Source: a virus
Length of the DNA: 64,000 bases
IMG/VR virus record: IMGVR_UViG_3300047472_000102
Coordinates: 11,371 to 75,370 of that record
Reading direction: 5' to 3' (one strand)
Below the pieces are notes generated by a model. It was not told the origin of the DNA, ran no database searches, and worked only from the letters and a program-made list of their open reading frames with translations. Below, piece by piece: positions 46,691-57,455 of this stretch. Positions within the stretch are counted from its first letter, which is position 1. The number at the start of each line of letters is the position of its first letter. Position numbers and translations under genes: made by a program.

Positions 46691-47142
46691 TGTTGTGTTA
46701 CAAAGGCATTGAAGATTCTGTTGCTTGGATCGCAAAGGCAAAACCTGAACCAAGTGATAAGGATCGTAGTACTCAATTAGGAGTACATGTAGAAGAATTC
46801 GCAGAGATGCTTGTAGAAGTCGATACAAATGACCCTTTGCTTAAAAAAGCATTGAATATTCTATATGTACAAGCTCACTTTGTTTCTAGATTATTGAAAG
46901 AAACAGAGTACAAACTTGAGATTCAAGGGCGTGTAGGCTTCCTTGATAGTCTGGCAGATCAAGCAGTTACTTTGGCTGCTGTGGCTCAACTTAATGGCAT
47001 GGACATTGTTAATGCCCTTAATGAAGTTAATCGCTCCAACTGGTCAAAGTTCGATGAGAACGATAATCCGATCCTTGACAATAATCGCAAGATCATTAAA
47101 GGTCCGTATTATTCAAAACCTAATCTCACTAATTTAGTGTGA
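46690..47142 (+). CDS. MazG-like NTP pyrophosphohydrolase
   Basis: QLGVHVEEFAEM...LDSLADQAVT...EVNRSNWSKF...KIIKGP.Y.KPNL. Confidence 0.88.
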   Translation: MLCYKGIEDSVAWIAKAKPEPSDKDRSTQLGVHVEEFAEMLVEVDTNDPLLKKALNILYVQAHFVSRLLKETEYKLEIQGRVGFLDSLADQAVTLAAVAQLNGMDIVNALNEVNRSNWSKFDENDNPILDNNRKIIKGPYYSKPNLTNLV

Positions 47143-47171
47143 TTAATAAAAACCCAAAGGAATTAACTTCA

Positions 47172-47819
47172 ATGCAAATCGACAAGTCGATTGAGGGTGC
47201 TGACATTGCTCCTACAAAATCTCTTTTCGCCTCTGCTAACTCCACTGAAAGTCCTGATGCAATTGCAGAGGAAACTCCAGTCGAACCAGTCGAAGAATTG
47301 GAAGCAGACGAAGAACAAGCAGAAACGGAAACCGTTCAGGCAGATAGTCCTGATACCATGGCCGTTGATGCTACTGGCACTGAATCCAGTGATGATAGCG
47401 AGCAAACCTTCGAAGAAGCGCAAGCTGAGCACGAAGCAGAAGAAGCAGCACCAGTTGACGAACCTGCTGATAATGCAGCAGCAACAGCAACAGATACACC
47501 TACCACCAAAGAACCTACCGAGGAACCAAAAGAGGAATCGGTAGAGGCTTTGCAAGCTCAAAAAGCTGCGGTAGATAAGAAGCTTACCACCAAGCAGCTA
47601 GAGGAACGAAAATCCGTTATCTCCCAGATTGCAGCTGTGGTAAAAACCTATGATATCCCGATCAAAGACCTTGTTAAGGCTCTTGGTGGTATCCCTAGTC
47701 CTCGCAAGGGGATGAAGGCTCCCATTACCCATCGGGATAAGAATGGCAACACTTGGTCAGGTAGGGGCAAGCTACCCAAGTGGTTGAAGGGCAAAAATCC
47801 AGACGATTACCGAGTATAA
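47172..47819 (+). CDS. H-NS-family protein with long acidic N-terminal extension
   Basis: C-terminal APITHRDKNGNTWSGRGKLPKWL H-NS DNA-binding motif, preceded by a coiled coil and ~120 aa of D/E/A/T-rich sequence. Confidence 0.85.
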   Translation: MQIDKSIEGADIAPTKSLFASANSTESPDAIAEETPVEPVEELEADEEQAETETVQADSPDTMAVDATGTESSDDSEQTFEEAQAEHEAEEAAPVDEPADNAAATATDTPTTKEPTEEPKEESVEALQAQKAAVDKKLTTKQLEERKSVISQIAAVVKTYDIPIKDLVKALGGIPSPRKGMKAPITHRDKNGNTWSGRGKLPKWLKGKNPDDYRV

Positions 47820-47898
47820 TCGCCTAAACAAAATAAACCCAACAATAATAAAAGGCTCTCAGATAACGAGAGCCTTTTCCAATTCCAGGAAGAAAAAC

Positions 47899-49197
47899 TT
47901 GACCCAACGTAATCCTGTAACCTTGAACCAAGGACAACAGAAAGCTTCTGATGCTTTCTTCGAGTTTCTTCTCACTCCAGATCAAAAGGAGTTTATCGTC
48001 AGTGGTCCTGCTGGCGTGGGTAAAACAACTTTGATGGGATATATGATCGATGAGATCATGCCCCAGTATGCCAAGTCGTGTGAACTACTTGGTATCAAAC
48101 CGGAGTACGATTCCGTAGCTATGACTGCTACTACCAATAAGGCTGCTGAAGTCCTTAGTAGCTCTACGGGACGTGAGACCTCGACTATCCATTCCTTCCT
48201 GAATATCCGTGTCAGTGAAGACTACCAGACTGGCAAACAGATTCTGGCTCGAACTCGTGACTGGATCGTGCATAATCGAAAGATCATTTTCATTGACGAA
48301 TGCTCGATGATCGATAGTGATCTCTATCACATCCTCCATGAGGGCACGGAGAAATGCAAAATTGTCTATGTGGGTGATCATAATCAGTTGGCTCCTGTAT
48401 TCGAGCCTATTAGTCCAATCTATAAACAAGATGCTCCATTTTTTGAACTCACGGAACAGATGCGTAATAATGGCAGTCCTGATCTTATGGGTATTTGCCA
48501 GCAGCTTCGTGATACTGTGGACAGCGGGATATTTAAGCCCATCAAGGTTGGTGGTGATATCCAACTGCTAGACGACGTTCAAGCCCAACAGATTATTGCC
48601 AATAATTTTATAGATAATCAAACCAATAGTCGTATCCTTGCCTATACCAATAAGCAGGTTCAGCTTTTCAACCAATTCATTCGTCAGGGACGAAATCTTC
48701 CCGAGTTATTTCAAGAGGGGGAACGACTGATTAATAACTCTGCTTATCAAGTAAATAAGCAACGCATGTCTGTAGAACAGGAAGTAACTGTTCTAGAGAA
48801 CCAAGGAGTTAAGAAGATAGAAGTGTCCAAGGATATTGAACTTGAAGTTCAAACTCTGACACTCCGCAATAACTTTGGAGAATATATCTATGGTGTTAAT
48901 GTCCCTTTGGACCTGGAACACTATGATAAATCTGTCAAATGGTTTGCAAGGCAAAAGAACTGGGAACGATATTTCTTCCTGAAACAGTCCTTTGCTGATC
49001 TTCGTCCTCGTGATGCTGCCACGGTTCACAAGAGCCAAGGAAGCACCTATGACTCCGTTTTCATCGACCTGGATAATATCTCCAAGGTCACTCAACCCGA
49101 TGTAGCCGCTCGAATGCTCTACGTAGCATTTAGTCGTGCCAGAGAGAAAGTTTACCTCTATGGTTCACTCGCAGAACGTTTTGGGGGGCTACGCTAA
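47899..49197 (+). CDS. SF1 (Dda/RecD-like) DNA helicase (N4 gp37)
   Basis: GPAGVGKT, IDECSM, VGDHNQLAPV, TVHKSQGSTY, LYVAFSRA. Confidence 0.95.
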   Translation: MTQRNPVTLNQGQQKASDAFFEFLLTPDQKEFIVSGPAGVGKTTLMGYMIDEIMPQYAKSCELLGIKPEYDSVAMTATTNKAAEVLSSSTGRETSTIHSFLNIRVSEDYQTGKQILARTRDWIVHNRKIIFIDECSMIDSDLYHILHEGTEKCKIVYVGDHNQLAPVFEPISPIYKQDAPFFELTEQMRNNGSPDLMGICQQLRDTVDSGIFKPIKVGGDIQLLDDVQAQQIIANNFIDNQTNSRILAYTNKQVQLFNQFIRQGRNLPELFQEGERLINNSAYQVNKQRMSVEQEVTVLENQGVKKIEVSKDIELEVQTLTLRNNFGEYIYGVNVPLDLEHYDKSVKWFARQKNWERYFFLKQSFADLRPRDAATVHKSQGSTYDSVFIDLDNISKVTQPDVAARMLYVAFSRAREKVYLYGSLAERFGGLR

Positions 49198-49216
49198 GTA
49201 CGATAGGTTTGCAAAC

Positions 49217-49753
49217 ATGAAAACCTTTCAACAGGTGCAAAGTCGTCGTCATGACGATGAAGTTCGTAAAACCAAAATTGATGGTATGCTCAAACGCCTC
49301 ATGGATTCAGATGTTAAACGCATCAATCGAATGGTAGATGAGATCATAGTAGAGCATCGAAAGCTTACAGGTACAGATGGCTTTTATCATAAAGGTCAAA
49401 TCTACGGTAATGTCATGGGTGTCAGCCAGTCATCTCCTGCCATGCAAAAGCAACCTATTCATGAGTCTCTCAGGGAACGGATGTTCGAGTATGACAGGCA
49501 GCTGGCTGAACTGGTCAAGGATAGGGACATACTGAGGCAGGGACTAGGCGTTCTAATTCGAAGGGCTAATACCCCTCAGGAGATCAGAAACGCTCTCCCT
49601 GACCTCCTATTGCCTGTTATGGATAGTCTTGAACATCTACTTGACCGGACTGAGCCAGAGATGCATACCCTCACCTCTCAGATACATCGTATTCAGTACG
49701 AAAGAACCTTGGACAAGATATATTTCTATCTTGGCTCCCGGTTACTGGGGTAA
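49217..49753 (+). CDS. N4 gp38-like protein
   Basis: Lies between helicase and polymerase; QEIRNALPD motif. Confidence 0.65.
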   Translation: MKTFQQVQSRRHDDEVRKTKIDGMLKRLMDSDVKRINRMVDEIIVEHRKLTGTDGFYHKGQIYGNVMGVSQSSPAMQKQPIHESLRERMFEYDRQLAELVKDRDILRQGLGVLIRRANTPQEIRNALPDLLLPVMDSLEHLLDRTEPEMHTLTSQIHRIQYERTLDKIYFYLGSRLLG

Positions 49754-49756
49754 TCA

Positions 49757-52375
49757 ATGCAATATCATGCATGGGTACAAGAGGACCAGTACTCTGTCGT
49801 AGTACTGGTCCCAAAAATTCGAGTAGACCTCATTGAAAAGGAGTATTTGGAACCAATAGGATTAGAACCTTCTTCAGTATTGGTAATGGATTTACATCAG
49901 AGCCAAGGGAAAAAGAAAACCCCTGTGTCTGAAATGAAGGATTATATTAATACTGAACTCCAGCCAGAGCTTAATGCTTTTGGAGCACAGTATCTAATCA
50001 TTGGTGATGCAGAGTACTTTAAGGTTATTACAGGTAATCCTCAAGCTGATAAGCTTATAGGTTACGTAGTACCTAGTAAGTATGGACCGCAAAGCTGCAT
50101 CTATATTCCAAATATATTCCAGGTCTTCTATAACCCTGATATTAATAGAGGTAAAATCCTCAGAGGACTTCAAGCTCTGGAAGCTCATGCTTCTGGTTGC
50201 TATACCGATCCGGGCTTTAATATTGTTCAGTTTGAGGAGTATCCCTCGTCCCCTACTGAAATTAAAGCTTGGCTAGACAAGCTAAAGGCTATGAAAAAGC
50301 CTCTGACTGTCGATATCGAGGGATGGGGCCTTAAGCCCTATAGCGCGGGAATTGCTACCATTACCTTCTGCTGGTCAGATAGTGAGGGGATCGCTTTTCC
50401 TGTTGATTACTCAGATAATCCAGCACTGGTCAGATGCCTGCTCAGAGACTTCTTTGAAACCTTTGAGCAGACACTGATTTATCATCACATAGCGTTCGAC
50501 GTTATGGTGCTGATCTACCAGTTATATATGAAGCATATTAGAGACACTAAGGGGTTGCTCCGAGGTCTCAACGTGCTCCTGAGAAACTGGCATGATACCA
50601 AACTGATTGCTTATCTGGCGACAAATTCCTGTGCAGGAAACAAGCTAGGTCTGAAAGACCAAGCTCAAGAGTTCGCTGGGAATTGGGCGATGACCGATAT
50701 CGTGGACATCACCAAAATCCCATTGGAAGACTTATTGAGATACAATCTGGTGGATGGTCTATCCACTTGGTTCGTCTTCAATAAGCACTGGCAGACGATT
50801 ATTGATGATAATCAATTGAAAATCTATAACACGATTTTCAAACCTGCCATTCGAGATATCATCCAGATGCAGCTTACCGGACTCCCGATCAATATGAATC
50901 GGGTGAAGGAAGTAAAAGCTATCCTGCAAAAGGATAACGATAATGCCATCAATAAGATGATGGGTACTGAACTCATGAAAGAGTTCAATTACTATCGAGT
51001 TGAAGAATACGTTCAGATCAAGAACAATGAATGGAAGAAGAAACGTACCTCAGTGGAGGAAGTTCTTTCCATTATTGAGAGTAATACTAAGCAAGGAACC
51101 AAACTAAAGGAAGACATTTATTTTAATCCTAATAGTGGTCCTCAGCTTATTTATCTCTTGTATGATCAACTCAAGTTACCTGTTCTCGATAAGACAGATA
51201 GTGATCTACCTGCTACTGGTGGAGCTACTTTAAAGAAGCTCAAGAACCATACAAAAGACCAAAAAATTCTAGATTTCCTAGATGCATTGATCGCCTATAA
51301 GGCAGTCGATAAAATCCTGACATCCTTCATTCCTGCATTCGAGAAAGCTCGACAAGGCCCAGATGGATGGCATTACTTGCTCGGTAACTTCAATCTTGGA
51401 GGAACCGTATCAGGTCGCTTGAGTTCCTCTGAACCAAATTTACAGAATCTCCCTGCAACTGGATCAAAGTATGCCAAGCTGATTAAGAGTTGCTTCCAAG
51501 CTCCTCCTGGTTGGCTCTTCTGTGGTATTGATTTTGCCTCACTAGAAGACCGTATTAGTGCGTTAACCACTCGTGATCCAGAAAAGCTAAAGGTATATAC
51601 CGATGGTTATGATGGCCACAGCCTACGTGCGTATGCTTATTTTGGTGACCAGATGCCGGACATTGATCCGAATTCTGTGGACTCGATTAATTCGATCCAG
51701 ACAAAATACAAAGACCTGAGACAAGACAGTAAGGTTCCAACCTTCTCACTGACTTATGCAGGTACCTATATCACCATTATGAATTCTCAGGGATGGTCAG
51801 AAGAGAAAGCCAAGAAGGTAGAAGCCTCCTATCACAACCTCTATAAAGTTTCAGATGAATGGGTAGCCAAGCATCTGGACAAGGCTTGTGACGTGGGCTA
51901 CGTAGAAGCAGCCTTCGGTCTAAGAGTCAGAACTCCTCTATTAAAACAAGTAATTAGAAGAACCAGAAAGACTCCATTTGAGGCTGAAGCTGAAGGCAGA
52001 ACTGCTGGTAATGCTCTAGGACAATCTTGGTGCTTGCTCAATTCAAGAGCAGGCTCCGAGTTTATGGGTAAGGTACGTAATAGCCGGTATGCAACCAGCA
52101 TCCTGCCATGTGCCCAAATCCATGACGCACAGTATTATCTCGTCAGAGATAATGTACGGGTGCTCAAATATGCCAACGATAATGTAGTTCAGGCTTGTGA
52201 ATGGAATGATGATCCCATGATCTATCATCCTGATGTAGGTCTTGGAGGAGAATTCTCCATTTTCTATCCTGACTGGTCATCTGAATGTGGTTTAAAAAAT
52301 CGCATTTCAGAGGAAGAAATAAGCATTACTGTTGGTAATTTCCTTCATAAACTAGAAGAGAAGAAAGCAGCTTAA
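49757..52375 (+). CDS. DNA polymerase, family A (N4 gp39)
   Basis: Exonuclease DIE/YNLVD; GTVSGRLSSSEPNLQN, DFASLEDR, RQDSKVPTFSLTY, QIHDA; uninterrupted. Confidence 0.97.
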   Translation: MQYHAWVQEDQYSVVVLVPKIRVDLIEKEYLEPIGLEPSSVLVMDLHQSQGKKKTPVSEMKDYINTELQPELNAFGAQYLIIGDAEYFKVITGNPQADKLIGYVVPSKYGPQSCIYIPNIFQVFYNPDINRGKILRGLQALEAHASGCYTDPGFNIVQFEEYPSSPTEIKAWLDKLKAMKKPLTVDIEGWGLKPYSAGIATITFCWSDSEGIAFPVDYSDNPALVRCLLRDFFETFEQTLIYHHIAFDVMVLIYQLYMKHIRDTKGLLRGLNVLLRNWHDTKLIAYLATNSCAGNKLGLKDQAQEFAGNWAMTDIVDITKIPLEDLLRYNLVDGLSTWFVFNKHWQTIIDDNQLKIYNTIFKPAIRDIIQMQLTGLPINMNRVKEVKAILQKDNDNAINKMMGTELMKEFNYYRVEEYVQIKNNEWKKKRTSVEEVLSIIESNTKQGTKLKEDIYFNPNSGPQLIYLLYDQLKLPVLDKTDSDLPATGGATLKKLKNHTKDQKILDFLDALIAYKAVDKILTSFIPAFEKARQGPDGWHYLLGNFNLGGTVSGRLSSSEPNLQNLPATGSKYAKLIKSCFQAPPGWLFCGIDFASLEDRISALTTRDPEKLKVYTDGYDGHSLRAYAYFGDQMPDIDPNSVDSINSIQTKYKDLRQDSKVPTFSLTYAGTYITIMNSQGWSEEKAKKVEASYHNLYKVSDEWVAKHLDKACDVGYVEAAFGLRVRTPLLKQVIRRTRKTPFEAEAEGRTAGNALGQSWCLLNSRAGSEFMGKVRNSRYATSILPCAQIHDAQYYLVRDNVRVLKYANDNVVQACEWNDDPMIYHPDVGLGGEFSIFYPDWSSECGLKNRISEEEISITVGNFLHKLEEKKAA

Positions 52376-52703
52376 ATGCAAGAACCAACGAACCCAACAC
52401 CAACTGATGAAGAGCTTGCAGCCATGGCTGATGAGCTAAAGCAGCTTCAGGATGGTCACAGCATTTACTGGTTGGCTACGTGCACGGTCTATTATCGTGT
52501 TAATACCGATCTGAAGAACCGTAAGGTAAACGTGCTAATCAGCACGATTACTCCTAATATTACCGAGAGTGTTATCGGTAATATTCAAGTTGCTGCCCAA
52601 AAGCAGGTGGTTGATTTCAACAAGATGCCCAAGGCTGGAAAGATCGCTGATATTATCATCGATAATCTGTCCATGCTTGGAGTTATGCCAAAGGATGCAT
52701 TCC

Positions 52704-52976
52704 ATGACCTCCCTAGACAATCTCAGCCAGCACCAGCGAATTCTTAACGCTGCCTTCCTTGGCGTGAATGCCCATGTCAGGGAATACGTTCTTCCTCAGT
52801 ATGGTGATTATGGAGAAGACCTTGCTGCTTCATATACGGTCGAGGACTGCGTTAAGCAGGCTCAGCGGTATCTGACTAGGCATGGTAAATCCTCTCGCGT
52901 TGGTGAGGAACAGCGTGACATGCATAAGGCCATTCATTGGATGGCTATGGCATTACACAAGATGGGTGGGACGTAA
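52704..52976 (+). CDS. Small conserved N4-like protein
   Basis: YVLPQYGD...DCVKQAQRY..R.G...R....RDMHKAIHW; AAGGA RBS. Confidence 0.6.
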   Translation: MTSLDNLSQHQRILNAAFLGVNAHVREYVLPQYGDYGEDLAASYTVEDCVKQAQRYLTRHGKSSRVGEEQRDMHKAIHWMAMALHKMGGT

Positions 52977-53012
52977 GTCCCACTCTCCCTCCATTATTAA
53001 GGATAATGAACC

Positions 53013-54005
53013 ATGGTGAAGTACACCAACAATCATGGCATATCACTTCCTATTGCAGTGTGGCTTCTCCATGATGAATACGACCATATTGATTTGCCTA
53101 ATTACATTAGTGCCACTTCTCTTATGGCTCCTACGAAACAGTTCATCCTTGCTCGGCGTATCCCAATGGAGGATCGTGAGTATGATGTTTCTGATTTCAT
53201 CGCTTCCTCTCTTGGCACTGCTATTCACGATAGCATTGAAAAGGCTTGGCTGAAGGCTGGTGCTCGCATCATGAAGATGCTGGGTTATCCAGATGCTATC
53301 TGTGAAAAGATTGCAGTCAATCCTGATCCAGAATGGCTAAAACTAAATCCAGGATACTTTCCTGTATATGTGGAGCAGCGTGGATATAGGGAGATTACCG
53401 TTGGTAATATTACCTACACTATTGGTGGCAAGTTCGACCTTGTTATTGATGGCCGTCTGTTTGATAACAAGTCAACCTCGGTTTACTCTTGGCTTCTTGG
53501 TTCAAAGGATGAGCAATATTCTCAACAGGGTTCCATCTATAAGTGGATTCATGAGGATAAGATTATTGACGATTACATCTATATCCAGTTCATTTTTACG
53601 GACTGGAAAAAGGTGGATGCTATCGCTAAGCCAGATACTTATCCTCAGCTTAGGGTCATGGAGCATCCTGTACCTCTTATGGATATGGACTCAACTGAGG
53701 CATTTATCCGATCTAAACTTGAGCTATTGACTCGGTATAAGGATAAGGCTGAAGAGGACATTCCAGACTGCACGGATGAGGAACTGTGGCGATCTGAACC
53801 ACAGTTCAAATACTACTCTGATCCCACCAAAACCAATGGACGATCCACCAAGAACTTCGATAACCTAGCCGATGCAAATCGCTTCATGGCTGAGAAGGGT
53901 GGTAAGGGCATTGTCATTACAAAGCCTGGAACTGTAAAACGCTGCGCTTATTGTCCAGCAGAATCAATCTGTCAGCAGAGAAAACGTTATGAAACTGACG
54001 TATGA
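53013..54005 (+). CDS. PD-(D/E)XK nuclease (N4 gp42-like)
   Basis: GTAIHDSIE, VEQR, GGKFD...DNKSTS, Q..IY, terminal C..C....C. Confidence 0.85.
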   Translation: MVKYTNNHGISLPIAVWLLHDEYDHIDLPNYISATSLMAPTKQFILARRIPMEDREYDVSDFIASSLGTAIHDSIEKAWLKAGARIMKMLGYPDAICEKIAVNPDPEWLKLNPGYFPVYVEQRGYREITVGNITYTIGGKFDLVIDGRLFDNKSTSVYSWLLGSKDEQYSQQGSIYKWIHEDKIIDDYIYIQFIFTDWKKVDAIAKPDTYPQLRVMEHPVPLMDMDSTEAFIRSKLELLTRYKDKAEEDIPDCTDEELWRSEPQFKYYSDPTKTNGRSTKNFDNLADANRFMAEKGGKGIVITKPGTVKRCAYCPAESICQQRKRYETDV

Positions 54006-54498
54006 ACGTCTAATCGAAGTTCTCGATTATGATAAGCATACTGGTCTTTTTCGGTGGAAAATTTCCACAGCTAGAAAGATTAAAATTGGAGACCAAGCAG
54101 GGTGGAAACATTCTAAAGGTTACATTGTTATTAGTATAGATAATGAATCTTTTTATGCCCAAGACCTTGCTTGGTTTTTTGAAAAATGTGAGTGGCCTTC
54201 TAGTGTTGTAGATCATAAAGATACGATTAGAGATAATAATATCTTTAGTAATCTAAGATTAGGAACCAAATCACAAAACTCCCAAAATGTGAATATCCAT
54301 AGAGATAATCTAATTGGGTTTAAAGGTGTTGCTCAGAACCGAAAAAAGTTCTCAGCTAAGATTTATGTGAACGGTAAAAATATCCATTTAGGTACATTTC
54401 CTTCCAAAGAGGAAGCTGCTCATAAATATGATGAAGCAGCAATTACCTATTTTGGTCCATTCGCTCGAACCAATAAAAGCATGGGACTCCTACCATAA
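53989..54498 (+). CDS. HNH-AP2 homing endonuclease
   Basis: YDKHTGLFRW, VDHKDTIRDNNIFSNLR and AP2 HLGTF...EEAAHKYDEAA...FG.FARTN; AT-rich; overlaps both neighbours. Confidence 0.9.
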   Translation: MKLTYERLIEVLDYDKHTGLFRWKISTARKIKIGDQAGWKHSKGYIVISIDNESFYAQDLAWFFEKCEWPSSVVDHKDTIRDNNIFSNLRLGTKSQNSQNVNIHRDNLIGFKGVAQNRKKFSAKIYVNGKNIHLGTFPSKEEAAHKYDEAAITYFGPFARTNKSMGLLP

Positions 54499-56654
54499 TG
54501 TTCGACACATCAAAACTTGAAGCAATCGAGCACCATGAAGCCCTTAACGATATTGTCGAGGTTCTTGGTAACAAGACCCAAAATGTCGATAAGGGCTTTT
54601 TCCGTGCCGAAGTTGCTTATTTCCTCGGTAAAATGGCTGCATGTATGCGAGCCACTATCGTCACCAAAGACCGTGGTGAAATCCCGGTAAATATCTATGC
54701 CTTGGCTTTGGCTACATCAGGATTCGGTAAAGGCCATTCAGTCTCTATCGTAGAGAATGAGTTCCTTAAGGGCTTCCAGACTAGATTTATGGAAGAAACC
54801 TTGGCTGTCAAAGCTGAAGAGTCCATGTGGCAGATAGCTCAAAATAGGGCACTTCGTAATGGAACAGAGCAAGATGAAGAAAAGGAAAAGCTGGACCGCG
54901 AGTATAGGCTTACGGGTGCTTATCCATTTACCTTTGATTCCGGTACTGCTCCTGCTGTTAAGCAGCTTCGACAGAAACTATTACTTGCCGGAGCCGGTGC
55001 TATCAATTTTCAAATGGACGAGATTGGCTCTAATCTCGTTAATAATACTGAAGTTCTTACTTTGTATTTGGAGCTTTATGATCAAGGTAAGGTCAAGCAG
55101 AAGCTAACCAAGAATACAAACGAGAGCCAAAGAACAGAGGAAGTAGATGGAAAGACACCTGCTAATATGCTTCTGTTTGGTACTCCAAGTAAGTTGCTTG
55201 ATGGTGGTCTTACCGAACAGCAATTCTATGACTTCCTGGAAACAGGATATGCTCGCCGTTGTATTTTCGGCTATGGCCAGCATTATCGTCCTCAAGATAC
55301 TCTAACAGCAGCCGAGATTTATCAGAGGCTTATCCAACCTTCCAATATGGCAATTATCGATAAGTGGTCCTACCACTTTGAGAATCTTGCTGATCCAATG
55401 AAATTCAATTGGAAGATGGAAGTCGAGGATGATGTAGCTATCGAGCTTATTGAGTATAAGACTCATTGCGAGACGATAGCTGATGCCTTGGCAGAGCATG
55501 AGGACATCAAGAAAGCAGAGCTTTCACATCGATATTTCAAAGCTCTCAAGCTGGCAGGTACATATGCATTCATTGATGAGTCTATTATTATCACTATGGG
55601 TCATTTGCACCAAGCCATCAAGTTCGTGGAGGAATCAGGAGAAGCCTTTCAACTTATCCTCAATCGAGAGAAGGCTTACGTTAAGCTAGCTCGATATATC
55701 GCCTCACTGGACCATGAGGTTACCCACGCAGATCTATTGGAGGCACTTCCCTACTATAAACCCAGTTTGGCTGCTCGAAATGAGCAAATGTCACTAGCAA
55801 TTGCATGGGGATATAAGAAGCATATTATCATCAAAAAATCCTTCATTGACGGGATTGAATTCTTTAGAGGAGAAACCCTAAAGGAAACCGATCTCGATGA
55901 GATTACTCTGAGTTATAGTGACCATTGGGCCTATAACTATCTCAACGAGAAAGTACCATTCGACCAACTACACATCGTAACGCAGAACCAAGGAAGCCAC
56001 TGGTGTAATCACCACTTTGCCAAGGGACACCGGGCAGAGGAAAATGTGATTACTGGCTTTAATATGATTGTCATCGATGTGGATGGGGGTGTGTCTCTGG
56101 ACTTGGTCCATGAGTTGTTAAAAGAATATAAATTCTTGACTTACACCACCAAGAGCCATACCGCTACCGAGCATCGCTTCCGATTGATTATGCCCATTAA
56201 TTACCAGTTGAATCTGGATGGTGCAGAATATAAGGAATTCATGAATGGTATCCTTCGTTGGCTCCCATTCGATAGTGATGAAACTGCTAACCAGAGAGCC
56301 AAGAAATGGGAATCATTTGATGGTGGGTCATACCACTACAATGATGGTCAGCTTCTGGATGCTCTGGATTTCATTCCAAAGACCAGCAGGAATGAGCAGC
56401 ACAAGAAGGATGGTCAGGCTCTGGAGTCTCTGGATAACCTGGAACGCTGGTTTGCCCAGAGAATGGCTGAAGGCAATCGTAACAATAATATGCATCGATT
56501 TGCCATGGCTCTTAAAGACTCTGGAATGGACTTCCTTGACGTTCAGAGGACTGTCAAGGACTTCAATCGTAAACTGGCTGCACCACTCCCAGAAGATGAG
56601 CTAGACGCTACCGTGCTTCGTTCTGTGGCGTCCAAATACCCATCAATCATCTAA
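54498..56654 (+). CDS. DNA primase (N4 gp43-like)
   Basis: ATSGFGKG, DEIGSNL, IDVDGG, YTTKSH, GNRNN C-terminal domain. Confidence 0.9.
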   Translation: MFDTSKLEAIEHHEALNDIVEVLGNKTQNVDKGFFRAEVAYFLGKMAACMRATIVTKDRGEIPVNIYALALATSGFGKGHSVSIVENEFLKGFQTRFMEETLAVKAEESMWQIAQNRALRNGTEQDEEKEKLDREYRLTGAYPFTFDSGTAPAVKQLRQKLLLAGAGAINFQMDEIGSNLVNNTEVLTLYLELYDQGKVKQKLTKNTNESQRTEEVDGKTPANMLLFGTPSKLLDGGLTEQQFYDFLETGYARRCIFGYGQHYRPQDTLTAAEIYQRLIQPSNMAIIDKWSYHFENLADPMKFNWKMEVEDDVAIELIEYKTHCETIADALAEHEDIKKAELSHRYFKALKLAGTYAFIDESIIITMGHLHQAIKFVEESGEAFQLILNREKAYVKLARYIASLDHEVTHADLLEALPYYKPSLAARNEQMSLAIAWGYKKHIIIKKSFIDGIEFFRGETLKETDLDEITLSYSDHWAYNYLNEKVPFDQLHIVTQNQGSHWCNHHFAKGHRAEENVITGFNMIVIDVDGGVSLDLVHELLKEYKFLTYTTKSHTATEHRFRLIMPINYQLNLDGAEYKEFMNGILRWLPFDSDETANQRAKKWESFDGGSYHYNDGQLLDALDFIPKTSRNEQHKKDGQALESLDNLERWFAQRMAEGNRNNNMHRFAMALKDSGMDFLDVQRTVKDFNRKLAAPLPEDELDATVLRSVASKYPSII

Positions 56655-56663
56655 GGAGTAATC

Positions 56664-57410
56664 ATGGCTGATAACGATAGTAGCCCAGTAGACAATACCC
56701 AGTTGGTATTGATCTCTGGGGAATCAGGGACTGGCAAATCTGCCAGTCTCATGAATCTGCGTAATCCCGAATTGTGGATGTACTGCAATTGTGAGGCAGG
56801 TAAACGCTTGCCTTTTCGATCCAAGTTCTATCAGGAGATCATTACTGATCCTTATACCCTGATGGATTACTTCGATCAGGCTATCGAACAACCAGATGCA
56901 CTGGAAGGCATGATCGTTGATACAGTCACTTTCCTGATGGAAATGTTCGAGTCTCTATACGTACTTAGTGCCACTAATACCCAAAAGGCATGGGGCCAAT
57001 ATCAGCAGTATTTCAAGGAGATTATGCAGCAGAAAGTAGCCAAGATGAAGAAGCCAGTCATCTTCCTTGGTCACACTCGTGCAACTCTCCATGAGGATAC
57101 TGGTGAATGGCGGACCGTGGTCCCTGTCAAGGGTGCTCTTCAAAACAATGGTATCGAGGCATTTTTCTCGACTGTGGTTTCCACAAAAAAGAAGCGTCTA
57201 AAAGACCTTGAACCATATAAGAGCAAGCTGCTAAATATCACTGATGATGATGAGGCAGTAGGCTTCAAGCACGTATTCCAAACCCGTATTACCAAAGATA
57301 GTGTTGGCGAGCGTATTCGTTCCCCATTGGGGATGTTCAGCCGAGATGAGACCTACATCGATAATGATGCACAGGCTCTCCTAGATCGTCTGAATGATTA
57401 TTATCGCTAA
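56664..57410 (+). CDS. N4 gp44-like P-loop protein (Sak4-like)
   Basis: LISGESGTGKSASL, NCEAGKRLPF, VPVKG, ERIRSPLGMF. Confidence 0.88.
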   Translation: MADNDSSPVDNTQLVLISGESGTGKSASLMNLRNPELWMYCNCEAGKRLPFRSKFYQEIITDPYTLMDYFDQAIEQPDALEGMIVDTVTFLMEMFESLYVLSATNTQKAWGQYQQYFKEIMQQKVAKMKKPVIFLGHTRATLHEDTGEWRTVVPVKGALQNNGIEAFFSTVVSTKKKRLKDLEPYKSKLLNITDDDEAVGFKHVFQTRITKDSVGERIRSPLGMFSRDETYIDNDAQALLDRLNDYYR

Positions 57411-57455
57411 TAATTTTCTTGGGTAATGCAATTGCAATTGTAAAGGATGTAACAA

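Noticed and set aside
49757-52375. Intron or intein in DNA polymerase (also checked terminase and primase)
   Set aside because: Frames are continuous and of expected length, with no intein motifs seen
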